A DNA stretch of 56,330 nt, the filler included, from Squatina squatina (taxonomy: Eukaryota): NCBI GenBank assembly GCA_031763465.1. It is 4 parts of 4 records of this genome, joined end to end, with 100 filler letters (N's around TTAATTAATTAA, not from the genome) between each part and the next. Parts side by side here need not be neighbours in the genome. Positions count along the whole stretch, not along the records: positions 1 to 16,764 come from JARFOE010000100.1; 3 more parts are not named here. One strand, 5' to 3'. The notes beneath the pieces were generated by a model. That model did no database searches and had not been told where the DNA came from. It was given only the letters and a program-made list of their open reading frames with translations. Numbering within the stretch: the stretch's first letter is position 1; every line of letters starts with the position of its first letter. Below are positions 1-14,394 of the stretch, piece by piece. A program made the translations under genes and the position numbers.

Positions 1-545
1 TCCTGTAGTTTCAAATTGTGAAGAGAGTACCCTTACCTTTCACTCTCCTGTGCAATCAAACTGAAGAGGGTCGCCTTCGCTTTCACTCTCCTATAATTAC
101 ACTTTCACTCAGACTCTGCACTAAAAGGGTTTGTGATAATGAGCAAAGTGCATTTTCATAAATTGCTAAACCGCCTTGAAATTACTGCTTACGAGGTTTC
201 TTGTTTTGCATTCAGCTGTATGCTTATTTCCACACGGTGTGAAAAAACATTGCAGCCTCCAGGTGTTGTAAGAAAAAGAATAAATTAAAATGAATAAACT
301 ATCTGCACTTTATTAAATAAGCATTTCATTGTGATAAATTATAACTATTTAACGGCATTGGTGACGTTGATGCCGCTAAGTGTTACTTAAAGTACACTTT
401 TATTCATTTATATTTTTCCTAGGAAACATTCAGTTTTTGATATGTTTTGCACAGCACTTTCTGCTGACCGAATAACCGTCAGGCCCTTCGGTAATCTGAT
501 TGTGCTATCTAAACATCTTGGTGAAATTGGATAGAAATCGCTTAC

Positions 546-627
546 TTGTGTTTCTGTCCCCGGGCCGTAGATTTGTTGAGTTGGAGTCTTGACTCGCACC
601 AGAGGATGAAGGAGCAGAAGATGCCAT
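546..627 (-). CDS. Candidate first coding exon of an unidentified gene (MASSAPSSSGASQDSNSTNLRPGDRNT...)
   Basis: On the minus strand an ATG-G at 627 opens 27 codons that end at a consensus donor A|GTAAGC (exon end 546). No homology recognised. Confidence 0.3.
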
Positions 628-2606
628 TGGTTCTGACAGACGCGAAGTCCTTGCTCAAATGGAGCTGGCGCCTTCCTTAGAATCCTTTCTTTTCAATGTG
701 AAGTCACAGAGTCACAGGTTTCTGTAAGGAAAATAATAATAAGAGACAGCTTTGTTAGTTTTGTGAAGCCCGTGTGTGTGTGTGTGTTTGTGCGCGCGCG
801 TGTGTGAGAGAGAGCGATTGGCTTTGAAACCAGTCTTGCGCNNNNNNNNNNNNNNNNNNNNNNNNNNNNNNNNNNNNNNNNNNNNNNNNNNNNNNNNNNN
901 NNNNNNNNNNNNNNNNNNNNNNNNNNNNNNNNNNNNNNNNNNNNNNNNNNNNNNNNNNNNNNNNNNNNNNNNNNNNNNNNNNNNNNNNNNNNNNNNNNNN
1001 NNNNNNNNNNNNNNNNNNNNNNNNNNNNNNNNNNNNNNNNNNNNNNNNNNNNNNNNNNNNNNNNNNNNNNNNNNNNNNNNNNNNNNNNNNNNNNNNNNNN
1101 NNNNNNNNNNNNNNNNNNNNNNNNNNNNNNNNNNNNNNNNNNNNNNNNNNNNNNNNNNNNNNNNNNNNNNNNNNNNNNNNNNNNNNNNNNNNNNNNNNNN
1201 NNNNNNNNNNNNNNNNNNNNNNNNNNNNNNNNNNNNNNNNNNNNNNNNNNNNNNNNNNNNNNNNNNNNNNNNNNNNNNNNNNNNNNNNNNNNNNNNNNNN
1301 NNNNNNNNNNNNNNNNNNNNNNNNNNNNNNNNNNNNNNNNNNNNNNNNNNNNNNNNNNNNNNNNNNNNNNNNNNNNNNNNNNNNNNNNNNNNNNNNNNNN
1401 NNNNNNNNNNNNNNNNNNNNNNNNNNNNNNNNNNNNNNNNNNNNNNNNNNNNNNNNNNNNNNNNNNNNNNNNNNNNNNNNNNNNNNNNNNNNCTGTAGAC
1501 TGTCTATAAATTAAGTGCGCCTGCACTCCAGACTCATACCATTATTACAAAGTCATGAACATAAAATTTCACAAGTACTGCAACATTTCTACAACTACTG
1601 TTGCAATGCAACTGCAACTATTTGCTGAACATCAGAATCTTATTTGTAATCTATAAATGTTAATCCATTATTTGGTTTTGGTCTTTACCTGGTTATTTTT
1701 CCAACTCAAAAGACAGACAACTAATTAGCGGTGACTCAATTTCAGTGGGAGATATTATTGCATTATATATGTAGGAAAATAGTCCCTGTTTCCCAAAAAA
1801 GAAAATACAAAGCAACATTTCTCTTTTCAACAAGAAAAATCTGCAGGGTTTATTTACACTTGAGATAGCAAATGTTCTCTAAAAGTATTATAATACTCCA
1901 AGGGAAACGACGTCTGAATATAAATCGAGTACAAAAAAATTCCATTCAGCATGACCTTTTTACAGAAGTACGTTTGATTTGCTGTTTTAAAAATGTGAAT
2001 CGCCCGGTTATCCGACACGACGCACGAATGAGTCACACGCCACCTCCTCTGCTCCAAAATGTGTCATGCCAATATTGACCAGGTTGCTTTGTCTGCAGAA
2101 ATCTGGCGCTCCGCCGCCGTTCTTCTGGAGTTACGTGACTTTCCAGCAGGTACTTTTTGGTGCCTTCAGGGTTTTAGTCCTTGTTTAGGAACCCTGATCA
2201 CGGAGCAGGTGCACCTCAGGAAGGTTGGAATATCTAACAATAGATACAGATCGTAGCGGCAGCAGCCAGTGTATCTAACATTAAAGGAACCCAAAAGGCA
2301 GACTTTATAGCAAGGATTTCAAACTTTGAAGTGATTTATTTCATTTAATCAATTCACTGTTGGTGGTGTGAATCTCTGCTTCTCAATGAATATCTGTAGC
2401 TTCGCTTTTGTTTACTACAATGTAAGCTTGAACAACGTGAAGCCACACACACCCGCTTTACTTCATATATATCTCGACAGAGTAAAAAAAAGATTTCCCA
2501 CGTCTATGACCATTTAAAAAGGATTTGTAAAAAATTAAATGTACGACATTATAGCTTCATTTTGCATTTGCATTTTTCGTACAAGGTGGTAAATAGAGAG
2601 CGAAAG

Positions 2607-2624
2607 TGACCACAAGAGGGCACC
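2607..2624 (+). promoter_or_regulatory. CTCF-like motif
   Basis: TGACCACAAGAGGGCACC closely matches the CTCF core CCASYAGRKGGCRS. Motif match only. Confidence 0.4.
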
Positions 2625-5600
2625 CAAGATTGCCAAACCTGCTGGAAGGTGCACCTTGGCGAGGTGCTTCATCCAACAGTACATGTCTGCTAGAGTCTCG
2701 GCAGTCGCGAATCTGTCACATCTTTTATTCCTTACACAGAACAGATCCGGGGACGGTGGTTTATTTGAGATTATTGACAGTTGGCAACAGTCTGTTTAAA
2801 AAAAAACAATGTGATGAGATAAGTTTTAAACTGCGATGAAAAATGGACTAGTCCCGTGAATGAAGGAAATCAAGGTGCTCAGAACAACGCTCCAGTCACC
2901 ATGACAATTGAAATGAAATGACGAAACAGCAAGTGCAAATAGATTGGCAGTGGATTCAATTCTGAAGGCGGCGGAAAAGGGGCAATGGTTTAAAAGCCGA
3001 AGTGTGTGTGGACAGTGGATTTTGAACTCAATTACCCTGCAAAGCATGTGGCAGCTGAGAAAGGCCACAAGACGAACGAACTATTGTCAAGAAAAAAAGA
3101 GAATAAGATCAATTACTCGGAGAATTGCAATTTCATACAACGTTTTGCGTGAAACACAGAGTAATGCATTGTTGTAGACAGCAAAGAATTGCTTTCTCAA
3201 ATTGACATCACGACAAACAAAAAAGCAGGATGCATTATTGCATTCAGACTATTCCACAAATTCCATCAGACTAAGGGTGAATGGAAACGTAGGTTTAACG
3301 ACTGAGCGAAATAAGATTAAACCAAGAAATGANNNNNNNNNNAGTTCCAGCCATGGAAGTCACCTCTCAAAGTTATACTAATACTTCACAACACACTATT
3401 TATTTTCTTTTACTATTTGCCGAGAAATATAATTATCATTTCATGTTAACAACGCATTTCAGACTTTTTCAAAGTGAAATGACTCGGGTCAAAGTAACTA
3501 TAATATAAAACCAGTGCCCAGATACGGAATACCTTGCCTCCCTACACATATTTTGGGAAACATAAATTAGCAGACCAGTGAAGCAAACTTTGAATCTTTA
3601 AATGAATTGTTTCATTCCAGAAATGCTGGCTCTTTTGGTACATGTCTCGCTGCACAAATATTGAATTTATCTCGAGGCAAGAAACTGAAGCAAAACCAAA
3701 ATATTGAATTCACAGGTTATAATGATTAAAGTATTTGGATTTTCAATGAAGCAGTTGGGAGGCTGAGAAAATTATAACAGATTTGTATTTTTACAAAGAA
3801 TGCGAACAATGTTGATGCATTGAAACGTACACAAGCATGAACAAAGTGATTTGCCGGAGAATTGTATATATAAGAAATCAAGATTATGGAACTCAAGGGG
3901 GAGGGGTAAATTCATCTTAGGAAAACTCAATGGTTTGAATTTTTTTTTAACAAAATGTACTATATATACAACCCTGAAATCGAGACGCTATTTCTATTTT
4001 AAAACAGTCTACGTTAATTTCAATGCAATAATTATACATTTTAACAGCGTATCGACACGTCATCTCATAAGCCAGTGACAAGACCGTACCGTGTGCCATT
4101 GCAAACAATGGTGTTTGTATTGTTAAAAGTATTTGAAAAATCTTAATTATATCTATAAAGACTTTTTGATGAAAATGTAATTCCGCTTAAAACAATTCCG
4201 TTCGCTGAATGAAGGGTAAGGGATGCTCCCTGTGTCGCCCACCATTGCATTTTACAAGTCTGCTATGAAATTCTAATNNNNNNNNNNNNNNNNNNNNNNN
4301 NNNNNNNNNNNNNNNNNNNNNNNNNNNNNNNNNNNNNNNNNNNNNNNNNNNNNNNNNNNNNNNNNNNNNNNNNNNNNATGGAAAAAATAGAAGTTCAAGT
4401 GAGAGTGATGGCACGAGTGTAAGGATTGTATGGATTACATCTGTGAAGGAGTGTGGTGCCAATGCCAAATGTGGTGTGTTAGTTGATATGATTGCACGAG
4501 GATGAGAGTGAGTGTGAGGGGTGGTTAGTCAGAGGGGGGTGTGTGTATGTAGATAGAGAGAGAGGGATGGATGGACGTGCAAGGTAAATCATATAAAATT
4601 TAAGGGGTAAATCTTTCCATCAATTTGACCAAGTAATCCTTTTTTATGTCATACTGTTGATAATATCAGACAATACTTTAGAATCACAATAAAGGTAGCA
4701 CAACTAAGTCTGAATTGAACAACATTTGCACTCCAGATTTAGAACAATGTACTTGTGGGGCAACTTTAAAAGATACAGCATTGTGGTCACATTTTAGAAA
4801 GAATGTACTATGTTCTTAATTGTTGGGGTTACTTAAGCGATTATTATTGCACGAGGTTATCTCATCTAACAACTGATTCAGACCCTACCCCGCTTACTAA
4901 GAACAAAACACTTTCAGAATATTGCTCTAATACTTTTATGTTGAGCTTTATAGTCGTGGCCGATGACATTACGCTGCAGCAATTTAACTCTTTTCCTCCA
5001 GAAATAACATGCAGCTTTTTTGTCAAATTTGTCCCTTTCTAAAACATGTAACTTAGTAAAATGGAATACTATTTCTAAATTTGATTAGCTTTCTTTTAAA
5101 GAATATATTCAAATAATCAGAATACAAGGATGGTGTACTAGATTAGAATTGAAAAAAGTTATTTTAAAATTCAGTAGCCAATTATGAATTCTGCACAACA
5201 AAACACAATGCATCAGATTCTGAAAAACTAATTAAAATATGCAAAAACTTAATCTAGTAATATTTTTCTCATAAAAATGTAAATTAATTTCTTTCAAGGC
5301 ACTTATTACAAAGCAAAAAAAAAATCAAAGATGCCAAGTAAAGCTTTTGCAGATGAAAAATCAGTATCAAAAGAAACAAAATATATGACTTTTTTAATAC
5401 TGATTTTTATACACTGCAGTGCTTCTCACAAAAGATTCAATTCAGGCCTATGAGGTAAAAGATGTCAAACAGTTTTCGCCCGGCTTACCTAACTGTATTT
5501 TCACTTCTAAAAGTGTCTTGAATTGATTGGCCTCTGGGTTTTCAGGCTCATAAATGAGAACTGCAAATAGGATAACAGAGAAAGAACAAAATGTAATTAA

Positions 5601-6371
5601 TCTTCTCACTATTTTAAACAAGATGTTCAACAACTAAAATCATTGTACACTAAATATATTAAGGACGCAACACAACTTTTGTTTCAAACTTCAATGCACC
5701 ATGAAGNNNNNNNNNNNNNNNNNNNNNNNNNNNNNNNNNNNNNNNNNNNNNNNNNNNNNNNNNNNNNNNNNNNNNNNNNNNNNNNNNNNNNNNNNNNNNN
5801 NNNNNNAATTAGTAGTACAGAAGCACAGCTGATGTGAGACTCAAATTTTTCTGTACTGTATTCTCACAAATAAGCAAAATTAAAATCTGAAGACACTTAA
5901 ACGCAAAGAACTTCTCGCCATTTCCAACTTCAAACTGCATCAGATAACCTTAACCTCACAAATAAACTTCATATTAGCATTAAAATGTTACTGTCAGAAA
6001 TAGTTACTCTACACCATTTTAAAAGTGAGTAGTTGAATAGGTTGCAATTTTTCAATCATAATGTATTGTTATATTTAAGTTCAGAAAATGATCATACACA
6101 ATAAATTGTGTACACAGATACAGAATGGTAATGATGATTGATTATTTTGGTTTGTATTAGTAAATCTCCTGGGGCACTGCTCATTGTAAGTCATGGGATG
6201 CATTGATTTATAAGTACAGGAATGTTATACCATGTAAACACACAACTTAGGCGTGTGCCTCATTAAGGCTTGAAGATATAATTGCTCTGGATTTTAAAAT
6301 GAATACTGGAATCAGTTACAGGTCAGGCTGCAGATAAAAACAATGGGCTAGAAACTGCGTAGCACCATTTA

Positions 6372-6559
6372 GGGCACTACCACTTCCATTAGAGCGCTAA
6401 AATGAGTGGGGCGGTATCGGTAAAGCGCTGATGGGGCACTACCACTTCCATTAGAGCGCTAAAGTGAGTGGGGCGGTATCGGTAAAGCGCTGATGGGGCA
6501 CTACCACTTCCATTAGCGCGCTAAAGTGAGTGAGTGGGGCGGTATCGGCAAAGCGCTGA
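6372..6559. repeat. 62-bp tandem repeat, about 3 copies
   Basis: Unit GGGCACTACCACTTCCATTAGAGCGCTAAA(A/G)TGAGTGGGGCGGTATCGGTAAAGCGCTGATG starts at 6372, 6434 and 6496. Confidence 0.9.
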
Positions 6560-7545
6560 GCAATGTTCAGGNNNNNNNNNNNNNNNNNNNNNNNNNNNNN
6601 NNNNNNNNNNNNNNNNNNNNNNNNNNNNNNNNNNNNNNNNNNNNNNNNNNNNNNNNNNNNNNNNNNNNNNNTTTTTACCGCATGGCTAATTTTGTTACTT
6701 CTTGGTAAAATACAAGAAACCCAATAAAGGTAGTACGTCAGTCGTACTGTGCGACAGTAGACGGTGTTGGTAATTTGAATTTGAAAACGGCTGTATACTG
6801 TTAACCTTGGCCTATGTTACAACTACATAACTAGTAACGCTTACTCCAAATATAGTACCTTTTTAAGCAATCTTTTCAAATAAGTGAGATTTCCAAAGAA
6901 AGTAAGCTCCTCTCGATTTCCGTTGGGTTGAGCTAAAGACTTTGACACGGTCACAGATTCAATCAGGTGAAAACTTCAACTGTTGGAATAAACAGGGGAG
7001 AGACTCTTGGACTCGGTGTTAAAAGCCCTCTTTACAAAAATTACTTTAATCAGATTCAGTCACCATTGCTACTTTGCTCAATCGACGGGCACAAGTTGGC
7101 ATTTTATGTTTTGCATAATTTAAAATGCAGGTGGGGTGAAAACCTTTAGCAATTGGCTCAAGGCTGGATATTTTTATTTTTATGTGCTCACTTCTGGGCA
7201 AAATTACATTTTAATGTTATTTGTTATTGGCAGGTAGGCGGCATGTTCCAAGGGCTTAGCACAACACAAAGATCCGTTGAGATGAGAGGACTGAAAGCAC
7301 CATGACGTCTGTCTGTTCCCAGCGTGGCGTGAGTTTGGGCTTGCTCGCCAGATAATTGTGATGACACCGACCTGAGCCGCACAGCTTTGGGTAAAAGGCA
7401 GTTTTTGATACGCAAACCACGGTTTACATCTTATATGTGCGTTGACCTTCCAATTTTTCCAATACCTCTACATATTTTCCAGCATGATCGACTACGTGGA
7501 TGCAAGGAACCAGATGAGAATTTCGTTGCATTGGTAACCTGCAAT

Positions 7546-7563
7546 CTGCATTAGAGGGCGCTG
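7546..7563 (+). promoter_or_regulatory. CTCF-like motif
   Basis: CTGCATTAGAGGGCGCTG resembles the CTCF core (AGAGGGCGC). Motif match only. Confidence 0.3.
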
Positions 7564-10500
7564 CGGGGAGGGATCGCAATCTGGTGACTGAGGACAAACA
7601 TTGGGGTGTATCTATTCAGAATACTTTTTTAGGTCATGCGATAATGTTTAAAATGTTTCCGTCGCATGCTGTAATGGTCTTAAGTCTTTATCGTGAAAAA
7701 GGCATCATACAAAGTTACTCATGTATAAAGTATTTGAAAACTCACTAAGGAAAAACAATCAAATAAATACAGATACACTCTTTACTATCTCGAACAGATA
7801 TTTGTACGGCAAGACGCCATGAAACTGCTCACATTGGTTTACAAATCATCTAGCTCCCTAAAACAACGTGCATCCTGTGGATTCAATGAACTTTAAGGAT
7901 GGAAAATCGATTTGCTTGACTATTCCAATGGTCTTTTGAAGTTTCAATATTTGTGATACATATGCTAATTCGGTTTCAGATACATATTATTTATTACATT
8001 TATTGACTACCATACTTCTAAATCAGCGCTCAAAGATCACTGGCTGGTTTAGAAATATATAAAATGGGCAGGTGGGCCGCAAGAGGATTACAATTTCTTG
8101 GGGGGAAGGCGTGAGTCGGAGGGTCGCTACATCCTGTGAAGTAACAATAAAGTGTCTAATGCTCAACCTCTGCCTCTCTCTAACGCCGAAGTGTTATCTG
8201 TGGGGGTGGGGGGTTAATTTACAACTTCCTCTGCTTTAGTTGGGTAAACTAAACAGTCATAAAGTCCTATATAAAGACACAAAGATACAATTCTCCTTGC
8301 AAGAGGAAAACTCGTTTATTTATTTAAAGCTTTATACCGAAAAGCCAATAAAATGAAGAACAGTGTGGGGTAACGGAAACAAGATAATAGAAATCGAGAT
8401 CAAAAGACACTGACAAATTAAGAAACTGAGGATACCAAAAGCAATGCGCCTAACAAGACCCAAGTATTATATGAAGCTTCCTAAAAAACGTGCCTTACTA
8501 AAAAAAAGAGTAGAATCACTTTTCGGGTTGTACACTTGCCTGAAAGTGCAGATTTTTTTAGGGTTTTTTGAGCTTTATGTCGGTAGTACGCATGCTTAAT
8601 CTCACTGTAACTGTGTGCACAGTTCGCAAACNNNNNNNNNNNNNNNNNNNNNNNNNNNNNNNNNNNNNNNNNNNNNNNNNNNNNNNNNNNNNNNNNNNNN
8701 NNNNNNNNNNNNNNNNNNNNNNNNNNNNNNNNNNNNNNNNNNNNNNNNNNNNNNNNNNNNNNNNNNNNNNNNNNNNNNNNNNNNNNNNNNNNNNNNNNNN
8801 NNNNNNNNNNNNNNNNNNNNNNNNNNNNNNNNNNNNNNNNNNNNNNNNNNNNNNNNNNNNNNNNNNNNNNNNNNNNNNNNNNNNNNNNNNNNNNNNNNNN
8901 NNNNNNNNNNNNNNNNNNNNNNNNNNNNNNNNNNNNNNNNNNNNNNNNNNNNNNNNNNNNNNNNNNNNNNNNNNNNNNNNNNNNNNNNNNNNNNNNNNNN
9001 NNNNNNNNNNNNNNNNNNNNNNNNNNNNNNNNNNNNNNNNNNNNNNNNNNNNNNNNNNNNNNNNNNNNNNNNNNNNNNNNNNNNNNNNNNNNNNNNNNNN
9101 NNNNNNNNNNNNNNNNNNNNNNNNNNNNNNNNNNNNNNNNNNNNNNNNNNNNNNNNNNNNNNNNNNNNNNNNNNNNNNNNNNNNNNNNNNNNNNNNNNNN
9201 NNNNNNNNNNNNNNNNNNNNNNNNNNNNNNNNNNNNNNNNNNNNNNNNNNNNNNNNNNNNNNNNNNNNNNNNNNNNNNNNNNNNNNNNNNNNNNNNNNNN
9301 NNNNNNNNNNNTCTGAAGTTTTTTTTTCAAGGGACAACCAAGAAATGAGTAAATAAATTCGTGAAGTATCAAACTTTCAAAATCTCGGTCTCTGCACTCC
9401 ATTAATCATTGAGTATTGAGTAAAATAATACAACAGAAGACAGGCATCGTGCGGCTCTTTGAAGTGATCTACCAGCAATGACTGATATATCTACTGATGA
9501 TTATATGTGCACCTCATTTGAGTAGATGACAATTTCATTTTACATCAACACGAGAAATTTATTGTTTAACCTCCACCCATGCAAAATTGCAGAACAAGGA
9601 AAGAACCGTTTAAGTTGAAGAGTAATTATGTTGTAGTTTAAAGAAATGTATTGTTCAACAACCTCAGATGAATGTCTTCCTCTTAACTGTTGAGCATTAC
9701 TTCGCTGCGCAAACTTCCAATTGTCCAACCCGGCACATAATATACACAAGGAAGTTTTTCTTACCTTGAAAGTTAAAGCCGTGAACAATAACAGAGCTGA
9801 ATAAAAAATACAACTCAGCAGTCAGTAAATACAACGCCAACTTGTTTAAACACAAAGTATAAATATGAGCATGTTTCCCCAAGCTAATAAAATCACTCCA
9901 ATTCACATTCTGTAAACAAAATTCGAAAAACAGTCTGGGAAAGAGCGTCTTGCAAATTTTGTTTGTAGACATGTGAAAAGTTTCGGGTGAAATAGCTACG
10001 GGCAATGGAAAAGGCATAATATGGGTAAATTACAAATCTATATATATATTTAATATAAATCTGCTAAATTTTAATTCACAAATCAGAAGATGTTTATGTA
10101 AATTTTAAATATATAACTTTTACGATTTTCATCCTTTAAGAACAGGTTCATAAAAATAACTTTTCGCACAGCCTGTGCAATTCTTGTTGGTATGAAACTC
10201 TTTTAGAGCAAATACAAGGAAAAAAGTCAGACCGACTCAGCGGGGAGCAGTTCAATTTAAGCCAAACGGACTTTTATTTTTCACACAGTATAAGGTCGTT
10301 TCAGTTTACAGGAGTGTGGAGTTTAAAAAGCATGCTGGAACTTCCATTGAGCTAGAATAAAGACAAAACACTTTCATTCAACCAAAGCTATTAAATACTC
10401 TATGCACAGCAGTTTTGATCTTTCACCAAAGACTCCGTTTAAATCCCCAAGTTAAAGAACTTGTATTATTTAACATCCCTATAAATATATACAACTTCAT

Positions 10501-12147
10501 ATTGAAGCATAGCGACCAACTGGGAAATGAACTGAAGCATGTTTATCAGAAAGTATTTACAGCAATACTTTCTAAACACTTAAAATATTCTTTATTCAAG
10601 GATATTGCACCACCAAAGCAATTACTTGCATCAATAGCCCGCAGTCTTGNNNNNNNNNNNNNNNNNNNNNNNNNNNNNNNNNNNNNNNNNNNNNNNNNNN
10701 NNNNNNNNNNNNNNNNNNNNNNNNNNNNNNNNNNNNNNNNNNNNNNNNNNNNNNNNNNNNNNNNNNNNNNNNNNNNNNNNNNNNNNNNNNNNNNNNNNNN
10801 NNNNNNNNNNNNNNNNNNNNNNNNNNNNNNNNNNNNNNNNNNNNNNNNNNNNNNNNNNNNNNNNNNNNNNNNNNNNNNNNNNNNNNNNNNNNNNNNNNNN
10901 NNNNNNNNNNNNNNNNNNNNNNNNNNNNNNNNNNNNNNNNNNNNNNNNNNNNNNNNNNNNNNNNNNNNNNNNNNNNNNNNNNNNNNNNNNNNNNNNNNNN
11001 NNNNNNNNNNNNNNNNNNNNNNNNNNNNNNNNNNNNNNNNNNNNNNNNNNNNNNNNNNNNNNNNNNNNNNNNNNNNNNNNNNNNNNNNNNNNNNNNNNNN
11101 NNNNNNNNNNNNNNNNNNNNNNNNNNNNNNNNNNNNNNNNNNNNNNNNNNNNNNNNNNNNNNNNNNNNNNNNNNNNNNNNNNNNNNNNNNNNNNNNNNNN
11201 NNNNNNNNNNNNNNNNNNNNNNNNNNNNNNNNNNNNNNNNNNNNNNNNNNNNNNNNNNNNNNNNNNNNNNNNNNNNNNNNNNNNNNNNNNNNNNNNNNNN
11301 NNNNNNNNNNNNNNNNNNNNNNNNNNNNNNNNNNNNNNNNNNNNNNNNNNNNNNNNNNNNNNNNNNNNNNNNNNNNNNNNNNNNNNNNNNNNNNNNNNNN
11401 NNNNNNNNNNNNNNNNNNNNNNNNNNNNNNNNNNNNNNNNNNNNNNNNNNNNNNNNNNNNNNNNNNNNNNNNNNNNNNNNNNNNNNNNNNNNNNNNNNNN
11501 NNNNNNNNNNNNNNNNNTTAAATTTATAAGCTTTAACTCCCACACTCTAACACTGTGCTAGACGCTAATATTACAGTAATAAAACTACTCATACATCAAA
11601 AAATTCCAAACTGCTGTCCTTATTTCCTTCCAATCACTCATTGTCCTTTTTAACTTTAATGCTATTCAATCTAACCTATCTTATATTTTTCTAGCCCCTT
11701 TTTCTACACAGAAGTTAACTTTAAAATGATCTATTTATTTTCATTATTTTGAATAGAGAGGAATCCAAGGCACGCCGGCCATCCCTCAAAGCACTGACAA
11801 ATTTCTTTCTTCAGCTCTGAGAAAGAATAGGCCTTCCTGAAGTCAGCTACCATCAGCAAGCTGTAGGAGTAATGCACCTGCATGCTGTAACACTATACTG
11901 TATTTCACAGAGTTCCATACTTGTGTGACAGACTCGGGAGATCGATTTCCTCCTTGTATGAAGCTGGTGGATCCTGTTCTGACAAGGGCTTGGCATGGAT
12001 TACACTTGCGCAGGTTTCTAANNNNNNNNNNTGTCTTTTTCCCCCATTGTTCATTTTGGAGGTGGGAGCAAGTTTAATCAGTTTCAAACGGCAGGTTTTC
12101 AGACAAGCAAAACCTGAGATGATTGAAGACTGTGCTGATCATATCAG

Positions 12148-12330
12148 GAACAACAACAACCTGCATCTATATAGCATCTTTAATGTCGTTAAACGTCCCA
12201 AGGCTCTTCACAGAAGCGTAATCAAACAGTAATTCACGCTGAGCCAAAGGTGGAGATATTAGGGCAGATCACTAAAAGCTTGGCTAAAGAGGCAGGTTTG
12301 AAGGGGGATGGTAAAGGAGGAGATAAAGGC
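12148..12330 (-). mobile_element. LINE (L2/CR1-type) 3' tail fragment
   Basis: AACAACAACAACCTGCATCTATATAGCATCTTTAA...CCCAAGGC.CTTCACAG; same family as the copies at 20945, 46682 and 50655. Confidence 0.7.
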
Positions 12331-14394
12331 GGGACAATTAATGAAGTAATCACTATGTGGGAAATGTATATACACAAATAATTGGATTTACGTGATCAAA
12401 GTACTGCTGCCGCCAGGAGACCGCTGCATTGGATGCTTAAGTCATATGATCTCTTTCTGGTAATGAAGGATTTGTTGCACAGCCCTAAGTGACAATGTGT
12501 CTTTGTTATCTCTAGGAAATCTGTTCCAACATCACTGCGTTGATGACTTTTAGCAAATAAAGGCGATTGGAGATGAATCAACCGACTCGGCAGCAAGAAC
12601 AGCATAGTTCTGCTCGGAGTTTATACGACAGGAAGAGTTGCTGACTTCAAAAAAGTTTCATGAAATTGTTTGCAGAGATAGGCAACATTAAAGGCACATC
12701 GTCTATTGAACATCTGAAAACGAAGTGCTATACCCTTCAGAGATATTTACATATTCAGTACAATATCACTTTTAAATGCGGTGGGAGGAGAGCATGTATA
12801 ATTGCGTGCACCCCCTCCTAGCGCTTATAAAGGTGTCATTGTACTGGAAATATGTAACAATGTGAATAGAAGCTCGCCGTTTAACCATTCATTCTTTCAA
12901 CCAGATTGTAAATGGTCAGCTTCATTTTAAGATACATATTTCAGTTTCCACTGCACACATTCAATGACAACAATAAGTCCGAGTTATTTGCTTAAAAATC
13001 AATCAGTGGGATGATTTATAAATGGATATTCTTGTGCTAAATTTAAACCATTAGGGAGTAATGTCTTTCAATAGTTTAACTAAGGGAAGGCAGTACATGT
13101 TTCAATACCGCTGAAACGGGTTAAACAAAACAGTTTAAGAGATGGTAACTATACAAATGTAAAGCTCGTTCAAACTTTCTCTGTCCATACTCCCTGAAAT
13201 GGTGACTTTTTTCGAACGTCAGAAGTTTGAGTCCCCGAGTGGAGAGATCAGAGGCAGAGTGTGAAGGCTGTTGATGGCTCTGTTAAGTCCCTTAAAGTGG
13301 TGGCAATGTGAGAGGCTGCGGGGGCGGAGCAGCTCGGTTCAAGGAAAGTGGAAACAATTTCTCTCTTCTCCGCCTGATCTCCGCCTTAAGCAGCTTTTCA
13401 AACCCTCCATCCCAGCACTTGCAGCGGAATCGGAATCACCAGTTGATCCCTTTACAAAAGCAAGATATATATATATATATATTTTCATCTACAGAAATTG
13501 ACAAGTAAACATAATTGTGCTAATTATCAACACCTTGGGACAAAACAAAAAAATGTTATGTATTATCCTACAACCCATACATACGCTTTAATCAACTGCT
13601 TGATCAGTGGAAATAATTTGGACGCATGCATTTAATTGGTTAGTCTCACTTTAAAAATGCAAATCCAATAAAGCAGAAATCAAGCTATTTTTTAAGGGTG
13701 TGCTGGAAATCTACGTTGGCTGTAAGTAAGTAGTCCGCAGGTTTATCTGAAAAAGCATACTCAATTTAAATATACAGTATTGTTGTCATAGGTCATAGTG
13801 TCAGACCTGGGGTACATCCAGATATCTGAATATCAACGCATAAACTGATAACTAACGTTTAGGAAACAAGCTTCGATTCACTCATTAAGCTAACTTAAAA
13901 AGTTTTTTTTTATTTTAAAAAAAAGCCCATTGAGCTCTTCCTTCAGGTAACATGATCCTGACAGCAGTCGTTAACTTCAATTGTGTGCACATTGCAAACG
14001 AAATCCTTCTAAACGATAACACACAGAGATCTTTATCATCCTTTCCTGTAGCAACAATCGGTGTCCTCTCAAAGACTTTTGAGACTTGCATAGTTTTAAA
14101 TGGAGCGGCTCTTTTGAAGGGATTAGAGCGCCGAGTCCTCTCCCACGGCTCCAGATTCAGTCGTGGTGAGATGGGAGTTTCACGCTGCGCCAGGGCACTG
14201 CCAAGTTATTTAACTTGGATTTTGCTCGCTTGTCCTTTATTATTTCAAAACGTGCTTATACAAAAAGTGATATAAGGATACGAATGAGAAACTGAATTCT
14301 GAAAAAAGAACTGGGCGCAAATAAAAGTTGATGAAAGGTACAATAATCAGAATTGCTTTCAAACCTCTTCAGAAGGTTGTACTTTCTTCTTAAA

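Noticed and set aside
693-11561. Long ORFs spanning N runs (693-1526, 8558-9402, 10415-11561)
   Set aside because: Their length comes from gap Ns.
11905-12021. Peptide LETCASVIHAKPLSEQDPPASYKEEIDLPSLSHKYGTL* (minus strand), possibly a terminal exon
   Set aside because: Truncated by a gap, no acceptor visible and no homology recognised.
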